Positions 57,657-64,000 of a stretch of DNA of 64,000 nt are shown here, piece by piece. The position numbers and the translations under genes are program-made. Origin of the DNA: Planctomycetota bacterium (GTDB lineage: Bacteria > Planctomycetota > PLA2 > JAEUHO01). Numbering within the stretch: the first letter of the stretch is position 1; each line of letters begins with the position of its first letter. Location of the stretch: the NCBI GenBank assembly GCA_020851795.1, contig JADZCA010000029.1:49271-113270 (forward strand), given 5' to 3'. A model generated the notes under the pieces. It did not search any database, was not told where the DNA came from, and was given only the letters and a program-made list of their open reading frames with translations.

Positions 57657-58015
57657 CCGGAGCCCGGGCCCCGACCCCGACCGGTCCGTCGCGCGAGCCT
57701 GCGAGGGGCGGCCCCGCCCGCGCGATCGGGCAGGTGCTGCCGACGGCGATGCGCGGCCTCGGCCTGCCGCCGCGGGCGCTCGTGCACCGCGTCGAGGAAG
57801 CCTGGAAGGCCGTGGCCGACCCGGCGTGGGCGGCGCGCACGCGCATCGTCGCGCTGCAGCACGGCACGCTCCTCGTCGGCGTCGCCTCCGCGCCGCTGCG
57901 CGACGAGCTCGCCCGATTCCACGCCGAGCGCCTCCTCGAGGCGATGCGCGCCCGGCTGACCAAGGACCCGCTGGTGGCGCTGCGCTTCGTCGCGGCGGCC
58001 GAGGAACCCCGATGA
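57653..58015 (+). CDS. DUF721-domain protein (DciA-like), start uncertain (GTG 57653 / GTG 57734 / ATG 57749)
   Basis: 'AIGQVLPTAMRGLGLPPRALVHRVEEAWKAVADPAWAARTRIVALQHGTLLVGVASAPLRDELARFHAERLLEAMRARL' resembles DUF721. Sits at the dnaN-gyrB position. GTGA overlap with dnaN and ATGA overlap with gyrB. Confidence 0.6.
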   Translation: MTGARAPTPTGPSREPARGGPARAIGQVLPTAMRGLGLPPRALVHRVEEAWKAVADPAWAARTRIVALQHGTLLVGVASAPLRDELARFHAERLLEAMRARLTKDPLVALRFVAAAEEPR

Positions 58016-60639
58016 GCGTGCCCCCGAAGAAGCGCGACGACGCCCGCAAGCCCGCCGAGGAGCCGAAGGACCGGGCGCCGGCCTCGAAGGACGGCGCGGG
58101 GGCCAAGGACGCCGCCCCGCGACGCGACGAGCCGCCCGCCGCCCCGCCCAAGGACGACGCGGAGTACGGCGCCGACAAGATCCAGGTGCTCGAGGGGCTC
58201 GAGGCGGTGCGTCGCCGCCCGGGCATGTACATCGGCGACACGACGACCCGCGGGCTCCACCACCTCGTCTACGAGATCGTGGACAACTCGGTGGACGAGC
58301 ACCTCGCCGGCCACGCGCGCACGATCCAGGTGCGCGTCACGGCCGACGACGGCATCGTCGTCACCGACGACGGGCGAGGCATCCCGACCGACGAGGTCCC
58401 GGGCCAGGGGCTCTCGGGCGTCACGGTCGCGTACACGAAGCTGCACGCGGGCGGCAAGTTCGACCACGGCGCCTACAAGGTCTCCGGCGGCCTCCACGGC
58501 GTCGGCGCGAGCGTGGTCAACGCGCTCTCCGAGCGCTGCGAGGTCGAGGTCTACCAGCGCGGCAAGGTGCACTTCCAGGCGTTCGAGCGCGGTCGCGCGC
58601 TCACCAAGCTCGAGGTGCGCGGGCGGACCGACAAGCGCGGCACGAAGGTCTACTTCAAGCCCGACCCGAAGATCTTCCCGGTGACGAAGTTCGACGCCGG
58701 GACGATCGCGACGCGCCTGCGCGAGCTCGCGTTCCTCAACAAGGGCCTCGAGATCCTCTTCACCGACGAGCGCAACGACCCGCCCAAGGAGGAACGTTTC
58801 CGCTACGAGGGCGGCATCAAGGAGTTCGTCACCTGGCTCAACGAGGGCAAGGAGACGCTCCACAACGACGTCTTCTACATGGACCGCGAGCAGGACGGCG
58901 TCCGGGTCGAGATCGCGTTCCAGTTCAACAACGGGTTCAGCCAGGTCGAGCAGACCTTCGCCAACAACATCCACACGGTGGAGGGCGGGACGCACCTGTC
59001 CGGCTTCCGCACCGCGCTCACGCGGCGCCTGGCCGACTACAGCAAGCGCGAGAAGTACTTCTCGCCCGACGAGAAGCCGAGCGGCGACCACTTCCGCGAG
59101 GGGCTCACCGCGGTCATCTCGGTGAAGGTGCCCGACCCGCAGTTCGAGGGCCAGACCAAGACCAAGCTCGGCAACGGCGAGGTCGAGGGCATCGTCAACA
59201 GCGCCTTCGGCGACGCGCTCGCGACCTTCCTCGAGGAGAGCCCGCGCGCCGCCAAGTCGATCTGCGAGAAGGCGGTGCTCGCCTTCCGCGCCTACGAGGC
59301 GGCCCGCAAGGCCAAGGACCTCGTGCGCCGCAAGGGCGCGCTCGCCAGCGGCAACCTGCCGGGCAAGCTCGCCGACTGCCAGAACCGCGACCTCGAGTCC
59401 ACCGAGCTGTTCATCGTCGAGGGCGAGTCCGCCGGCGGCACCGCCAAGAGCGGCCGCGACCGCACGACGCAGGCGATCCTGCCGCTGCGCGGCAAGATCC
59501 TCAACGTCGAGAAGGCGCGCCTCGACAAGATGCTCGGGCACGAGGAGATCCGCACGCTGATCCAGGCGATCGGCACCGGGATCGGCCGCGAGGAGCCTGC
59601 CGGCGAGGGCTTCGACCTCTCGCGCCTGCGCTACGGCAAGGTCATCATCATGACCGACGCCGACGTGGACGGCAGCCACATCCGCACGCTGCTGCTCACG
59701 TTCTTCTTCCGCCACATGCTGCCGCTGGTCGAGGCGGGACGCGTCTACGTCGCGCAGCCGCCGCTGTTCAAGGTCGCGCGCAAGAAGTCGGAGGAGTACG
59801 TCTTCGAGGAGCGCGCCCTGCGCGCCAAGCTCCTCAAGCTCGGCTGCGAGAGCGCGCGCTTCGAGCCCGCGGGCCCGAAGGCCACCGCGGTGCAGGGCAA
59901 GGACTTCGCCGCGCTCGTCGAAGGCCTCGCCAAGCTCGAGGAGCTCGCGCGCGCCGTCGAGCGGCGCAGCGTCCCGCTCGCCACCTACCTCGCGGCGGAG
60001 AAGGACGGCCGGCTGCCGCTCGCGATCTGGCGCCCGGGCAAGGCCTCCGGCGGCGGCGCGGGCAAGGCCGCCCCGACCGAGCTCGACTTCGTGCGGACCG
60101 AGGACGGCATGAAGCGCCGGCTCGAGGAGCTCAAGGGGAAGCTCGGCCGCGACCCCGTGATCTTCGAGGAGGGCGACGACCCCAAGACGCGCGACAACGC
60201 CGACGTCGCGCTGACGCGCATCTACGAGCACGCCGAGATCGCGCGTGCCGCGAAGGCGCTCGAGCGCTTCGGCGTGGACCCGCGCACGTGGACGGTGCCG
60301 CTCGGGCCCGACGGCAAGCCCGCCAAGGCGCTCGGCCGCCTCGTGGTCGAGGGCGCCGACCCCGTGGACGTGGGCAGCCTGCGCGACCTGCTCGTCGAGG
60401 TGCGCAAGGCCGGCCAGCGCGGCGTGGACGTCCAGCGCTACAAGGGGCTCGGCGAGATGAACGCCGACCAGCTCAAGAGCACGACGATGGACCCCGAGCG
60501 GCGCACGCTCCTGCAGGTGCGGCTCTCCGACGTGGCCGAGTCCGACCGGCTCTTCGGGCTGCTCATGGGCGAGAGCGTCGAGCCGCGCAAGGTGTTCATC
60601 GAGGCGCACGCGCTCGAGGTGACCAACCTCGACGTCTGA
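58012..60639 (+). CDS. gyrB: DNA gyrase subunit B, with ~55-aa Lys/Asp/Pro-rich N-terminal extension
   Basis: 'YGADKIQVLEGLEAVRRRPGMYIGDT', 'LHAGGKFD', 'ELFIVEGESAGGTAK', 'PLRGKILNVEKA', 'IIMTDADVDGSHIRTLLLTFF', 'QRYKGLGEMN'. Confidence 0.95.
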   Translation: MSVPPKKRDDARKPAEEPKDRAPASKDGAGAKDAAPRRDEPPAAPPKDDAEYGADKIQVLEGLEAVRRRPGMYIGDTTTRGLHHLVYEIVDNSVDEHLAGHARTIQVRVTADDGIVVTDDGRGIPTDEVPGQGLSGVTVAYTKLHAGGKFDHGAYKVSGGLHGVGASVVNALSERCEVEVYQRGKVHFQAFERGRALTKLEVRGRTDKRGTKVYFKPDPKIFPVTKFDAGTIATRLRELAFLNKGLEILFTDERNDPPKEERFRYEGGIKEFVTWLNEGKETLHNDVFYMDREQDGVRVEIAFQFNNGFSQVEQTFANNIHTVEGGTHLSGFRTALTRRLADYSKREKYFSPDEKPSGDHFREGLTAVISVKVPDPQFEGQTKTKLGNGEVEGIVNSAFGDALATFLEESPRAAKSICEKAVLAFRAYEAARKAKDLVRRKGALASGNLPGKLADCQNRDLESTELFIVEGESAGGTAKSGRDRTTQAILPLRGKILNVEKARLDKMLGHEEIRTLIQAIGTGIGREEPAGEGFDLSRLRYGKVIIMTDADVDGSHIRTLLLTFFFRHMLPLVEAGRVYVAQPPLFKVARKKSEEYVFEERALRAKLLKLGCESARFEPAGPKATAVQGKDFAALVEGLAKLEELARAVERRSVPLATYLAAEKDGRLPLAIWRPGKASGGGAGKAAPTELDFVRTEDGMKRRLEELKGKLGRDPVIFEEGDDPKTRDNADVALTRIYEHAEIARAAKALERFGVDPRTWTVPLGPDGKPAKALGRLVVEGADPVDVGSLRDLLVEVRKAGQRGVDVQRYKGLGEMNADQLKSTTMDPERRTLLQVRLSDVAESDRLFGLLMGESVEPRKVFIEAHALEVTNLDV

Positions 60640-60694
60640 CGTCGAAGCGGGGCCGCCCGGGGGCACCCGGGTTCAAGGCGGAGGCTCCCCCCGG

Positions 60695-60704
60695 CCGATA
60701 TCGG
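60695..60704. promoter_or_regulatory. Perfect 10-bp palindrome CCGATATCGG, 15 nt upstream of the MshEN-like gene
   Basis: Read directly. AT-rich centre in GC-rich context. GGAG RBS follows. Confidence 0.3.
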
Positions 60705-60718
60705 TCGCGGAGCCACCC

Positions 60719-61252
60719 GTGGACCCCTACGAGAAGTTCCTGCGCCGCCCCCTCGACGAGGTCCTCGTCGCCCAGGGGGTCCTCAACCGCGAGACCGCCG
60801 ACCAGCTGCGCGAGAGCGCGGAGGCGGCCGGCGAGCCGTTCGCGACCGCCGTGCTCGACTCCGGCGCGCTCACCCCGTGGGACCTCGCGCGCCTGATCGC
60901 CGTCCACTACCAGATCCCGGTCCACCCGCTCACGGGCTTCAAGTTCGGCAAGGAGCTCTTCGAGGGCACGCGCGCGGACCTGCTCCACCGCTACCAGTTC
61001 GTGCCGGTGGGCGTGTTCGGGGCGACGCGCACGTTCGCGGTCCTCGAGCCGCCGCCGCGGTCGCTCGTCGAGGAGCTGCGCGGCAACCACGGCGAGAACG
61101 TCTTCTTCTTCGTCTCGGAGAGCACCGAGATCGCGCGCGCCCTGTCCAACGAGGTCAAGGTCGTCGACACCGAGTCCGACCGCGGCTGGCAGAAGCTCTT
61201 CGACAGCGCCGAGGCGGAGATCTCCCGCAACGGCGAGGAGTCCACGAGCTGA
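60719..61252 (+). CDS. Small protein with MshEN / T2SSE_N-like (putative c-di-GMP-binding) domain
   Basis: 'RPLDEVLVAQGVLNRETADQLRES' fits motif RLGxxLLxxGxLxxxxLxxALxxQ. 'ALTPWDLARLIAVHYQIPVHPL' fits the second half-motif (LxxxLAxxxGxPxxxL). 177 aa. Confidence 0.6.
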   Translation: MDPYEKFLRRPLDEVLVAQGVLNRETADQLRESAEAAGEPFATAVLDSGALTPWDLARLIAVHYQIPVHPLTGFKFGKELFEGTRADLLHRYQFVPVGVFGATRTFAVLEPPPRSLVEELRGNHGENVFFFVSESTEIARALSNEVKVVDTESDRGWQKLFDSAEAEISRNGEESTS

Positions 61253-61299
61253 CGCGCTTCGGCGCGCGCCCGGCTCGGCTCGGGTCGCGCCGCGCCGGG

Positions 61300-61695
61300 T
61301 CAGACCGGCGGCGGGTCGTCGTCGTACGGCGCGCGCGTCGGCGCGTCGGACGTGCGCGGCGGCGCCGCCGTGCGCGGCTCCGCAATCGGCGCCGTCACCG
61401 GCGCGGGCGGCGGGGCCGCCGACGCCACGGGCCCCGTGCCGAGGCGCGGGTCGGGCCCGGGCGCGAAGGTCGTCGCCGCGGGCGTCGGCGGCGTCGGGCG
61501 ATACGGCGGGCGCGCCACCGCGTCCGGCTTCATCACGTTGCGCGAGAGGTCGTCGAAGCCGCGTCGGAACGTGCGGTACGCGCCGCCGAGCGAGCGCATG
61601 ACCTCGGGGAGCCGCCCGCCGAAGAGCAGCAGCGCGACGATGCCGACGACGACCATCTCGCCGAAGCCGATGTCGAAGAACGCGAGCGGCGTCAT
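61300..61695 (-). CDS. tatA: Twin-arginine translocase subunit TatA/E with Pro-rich C-terminal tail
   Basis: 'MTPLAFFDIGFGEMVVVGIVALLLFGGRLPEVMRSLGGAYRTFRRG' is the TatA TM plus amphipathic helix. 131 aa. ATGA overlap with the upstream gene. Confidence 0.8.
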   Translation of the reverse strand: MTPLAFFDIGFGEMVVVGIVALLLFGGRLPEVMRSLGGAYRTFRRGFDDLSRNVMKPDAVARPPYRPTPPTPAATTFAPGPDPRLGTGPVASAAPPPAPVTAPIAEPRTAAPPRTSDAPTRAPYDDDPPPV

Positions 61696-63980
61696 TTCTT
61701 GGGCAGCCCCATGACGAAGTCGGCGCCCTCGACGTCGGCGGCGCCGGTCCGCGTGTCGTAGGAGAAGCGGCGGCCCCGCCCCGAGAAGCCCGGGCGGTCC
61801 ACGAGCACGCCGTCGCGGCCGGTGAGCTCGAGCTTGCCCGTGCGGCCCTCGTAGACGAGCCGGTCGCCCGCGGCGCGCGTGGACGTGCCACCGGCGCCCG
61901 CGCCCGTCTCGATGCGCGTGCCGGGCCCTTCGGCGACGAAGCGCTCGACCTCGGTGCGGCTCGCGCCGAAGCCGCCCGTCGTCGTGAGCTCGATGCGCGG
62001 GGTCGCGAGCGCCACCGACCCTCCGAACTCCGTCTTGCCGTCCTCGCGCACGGTGCGCGTGACGAGCACCGGCGTCGCGGCGCTGCCCTCGATCACCACG
62101 CGGCCGACGGCGTCGAGGGTGAGCGGGCCCGCCTCGGAGCGCAGGACGAGGCGCTCGGTGCGCTTGGCCTTGGCGTCGCGGGCGTGGACGAGCGCCGAGA
62201 CGGGCGCGGCGAAGCGCGCGCCGACGAGCGACGTCCCCGAGACGTCGAACTCGACGGTGGGGGACGCGATGCGCTGCGGGAGGTCGGGCTGGTCGGCCGA
62301 CACGAGCGCGCGTCCGCCCGGCCGCGCCTCGAGCCGGCCGCGCAGCAGCCCGCCGTCGGAGCGGACCGACAGACGCTCGCCGTCGAAGCGGCGCGTCCCG
62401 CCGTCGTCGCCCGCGCCGGTGGCGCGCACGCCGCCGGTCGCGTCGAGCCGACGCAGCGCGTCGGCCCCGCGGTCGCCGGGCCCCGTCGCGACCTCGACCT
62501 CGAGGGTCGCGCAATCGAGCGTCCACCGCGTGGCGTCGACGGGCGCGGGGCGGCGAGCGGTCGGGTCCGCCTTCGGCTTGCCGGCGGCCGGGGACGCGGG
62601 GCCCGCCGTCGGCGCGGCCGCCGCGGTCGGCTCCGCGGTCTTCGGCGCGGCGCGCTCGACGAGCACCACGCTGATCGTCGTCGCCGAGACGCGGTCGGCC
62701 GGCGCGCCGTCCACGCGGTTCTCGAGCGAGGCCCCGTCCCGCGCGCGCACGACGACGGTGCGCTCGCCCGCGCCCGTGCGGCCCGCGCTCGCCTCGAGGC
62801 CCGAGCCGGCGCGCAGCGCGACGCTGCGGCGCCCCTTGCCGGGCCGTCCGCGGCGGTCGAGGTCGGCCCCCGTCCAGACGACCGCGCGCGCGCCGTCGCG
62901 CGCCCACAGCGATGCGGTGCTCGTCCCGAGGCGGAAGCCGACCACCGGCGCTTCGATCGACTGGTCGCGGCCGCGCTCCCCGGGGTACGTCAGCACCGCC
63001 GGCCGCTCCTTCGAGCCGCGCAGCTCGCCGCCGTCGGCGGCGGCGTAGGTGAGGGAGTCGCCGGTGAACGAGACCGGCAGGTCGCCCGGCCGCGGCGAGA
63101 GGGAGCCCCGCACCTGACCGACGGCGTCGAGGCGGTCGGGGGCCCACGCCCCGCGTTCGCGGCGCGACGCCTTCTTGCCCTTGCCGTCGTCGGAGGCCGA
63201 GGCGCCGTCCTTGGCGTCGGGCTTCTTCGCGCGCGCGCGCGGGGCCGTCGCGTCCTCGGTCACCTCGACCCAGGCGTCGGGCCCCGTCACGACGAGTCGC
63301 CACGCGTCGTCGCGGTCGAGGTCGAACGCCTTCATCTCGCGGGCGCGGCCGACCACCGTCGGCCCCGAGAGGCGCACGTCGCCGCCGGAGGCCACGAACG
63401 CGATCGCGACGCGGTCCTCGGGGCGGTTGCGCGCGGCCGGCGTGGGGGAGCCGCGCTTCTCGTCGGGCGCGTCGGTCGCGCGGCGCAGGAAGAGGCGGAT
63501 CCGGTCGGCCTCGATGCGCTGACGCTCGCCGTCGGCGGTCTCCGAGCCCTCGATGCGCACGGCGCCGACGAGGTCCACCACCGCGTCGCAGCCCTGCGGG
63601 GCGTCCGAGCCCGGGGCGGGCGGCGCGTAGGAGAGGCGCTCGCGGCACGTCGCGGTCACGAAGCCGCGGCGCGCGCCGCCGCCGGGGAGCGAGAGGTCGC
63701 CGTGGTAGCGCAGCGTCGTCGCGCCCTCGAGCAGCGCGGTGCCGCCGCCGTCGTCGTCGAAGCGGCCGACGAGGCGGTCCGTCTGCAGCGACACGGACCG
63801 CACGACCTCGTGCGACGGGCCCTCGCGCGTGCGGCTCTCGGCCGACACGGCGCCGTCCGCGGTGATCCGCGCCAGCCGGAAGCGGCCGCGGTCGCCCGCG
63901 AGCAGCGGGGCCCCGGCCACCGCGGCGTCCTTCGCCGCGGGCCGCGGCGCGGCGTCGCCGCGGGGCTCGAGGACGAGCAC
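61692..63980 (-). CDS. Large hypothetical beta-rich (D/G/T/V-rich) probably periplasmic protein; frame is open to the window edge so the gene may extend past 64000
   Basis: Frame composition is protein-like ('ERLVLRSEAGPLTLDAVGRVVIEGSAATPVLVTRTV', 'GRTGKLELTGRDGVLVD'), unlike the overlapping Arg-rich frame 61300..63648. Coupled to tatA. Confidence 0.45.
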   Translation of the reverse strand: MLVLEPRGDAAPRPAAKDAAVAGAPLLAGDRGRFRLARITADGAVSAESRTREGPSHEVVRSVSLQTDRLVGRFDDDGGGTALLEGATTLRYHGDLSLPGGGARRGFVTATCRERLSYAPPAPGSDAPQGCDAVVDLVGAVRIEGSETADGERQRIEADRIRLFLRRATDAPDEKRGSPTPAARNRPEDRVAIAFVASGGDVRLSGPTVVGRAREMKAFDLDRDDAWRLVVTGPDAWVEVTEDATAPRARAKKPDAKDGASASDDGKGKKASRRERGAWAPDRLDAVGQVRGSLSPRPGDLPVSFTGDSLTYAAADGGELRGSKERPAVLTYPGERGRDQSIEAPVVGFRLGTSTASLWARDGARAVVWTGADLDRRGRPGKGRRSVALRAGSGLEASAGRTGAGERTVVVRARDGASLENRVDGAPADRVSATTISVVLVERAAPKTAEPTAAAAPTAGPASPAAGKPKADPTARRPAPVDATRWTLDCATLEVEVATGPGDRGADALRRLDATGGVRATGAGDDGGTRRFDGERLSVRSDGGLLRGRLEARPGGRALVSADQPDLPQRIASPTVEFDVSGTSLVGARFAAPVSALVHARDAKAKRTERLVLRSEAGPLTLDAVGRVVIEGSAATPVLVTRTVREDGKTEFGGSVALATPRIELTTTGGFGASRTEVERFVAEGPGTRIETGAGAGGTSTRAAGDRLVYEGRTGKLELTGRDGVLVDRPGFSGRGRRFSYDTRTGAADVEGADFVMGLPKK

Positions 63981-64000
63981 GACCTCGCGGGCTTCGAGGC

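Noticed and set aside
61300-63648. 782-aa ORF in the tatA frame extending upstream of tatA
   Set aside because: Upstream of MTPLAFFDIGFGE the translation is Arg/Gly/Pro garbage. The co-located frame 61692..63980 has protein-like composition instead.
1-64000. CRISPR arrays, IS elements or transposases, integrases, rRNA genes
   Set aside because: None seen. The only repeats are short (15-bp PAGSG-coding units, parS-like 16-mers, GGGGCCGAG triplet) and there are no transposase-like translations. tRNA genes cannot be excluded by eye.

Overview
This 64 kb window is about 72% GC and appears to be a chromosomal replication-origin neighbourhood from a high-GC Gram-negative bacterium. MJ0042-type zinc ribbons, FHA-domain proteins, HEAT-repeat proteins and a sigma-54 promoter suggest Myxococcota, but that is inference. 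Because stop codons are rare at this GC, most of the very long ORFs in the six-frame track are antisense or shadow frames. Genes were called from recognisable protein families, codon-position GC and gene-to-gene junctions.

The core of the window is dnaA, a 525-bp DnaA-box-bearing intergenic region, dnaN, a DUF721 (DciA-like) gene, and gyrB, at 54.5-60.6 kb. There is no recF at this locus. An orphan parB, preceded by two parS-like 16-mers and with no adjacent parA, lies at 40 kb. An orphan rpmH lies at 29 kb.

Other recognisable blocks are:
- an imuA-like/imuB/dnaE2 SOS mutasome cassette at 0.15-6.05 kb;
- a co-directional block of hemW, a sigma-70 factor, bshA, bshB1, bshC, a SAM methyltransferase, pyrF and trpG/pabA on the minus strand at 45-53 kb, which looks like a bacillithiol biosynthesis operon with a possible N-methyltransferase;
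- ygiQ, a P-type ATPase, an FNT channel, a Tat-secreted aldo-keto reductase, UbiA, an FGE-sulfatase-family protein, an acyl-CoA dehydrogenase, a cyclophilin-like PPIase, dus, nnrD, an asparaginase-II-family protein and two metallophosphoesterases.

The most unusual content is:
- a 1069-aa TIR-TM-WD40 protein convergent with the mutasome cassette;
- a cluster of a zinc-ribbon J-domain protein, a zinc-ribbon polytopic membrane protein and an FHA membrane protein with a putative amidotransferase-like domain;
- a JAMM/MPN peptidase next to a 460-aa protein ending in an HPr-like domain, plus a strongly promoted small ORF;
- an MshEN-like putative c-di-GMP-binding small protein after gyrB;
- a long AT-rich hairpin carrying the same TGTTTCCACG 10-mer found in the putative oriC;
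- GTTCC..GGAAC palindromes at three sites;
- pervasive GTGA/ATGA start-stop overlaps.

No CRISPR array, transposase or rRNA gene was seen. tRNA genes could not be excluded by eye.
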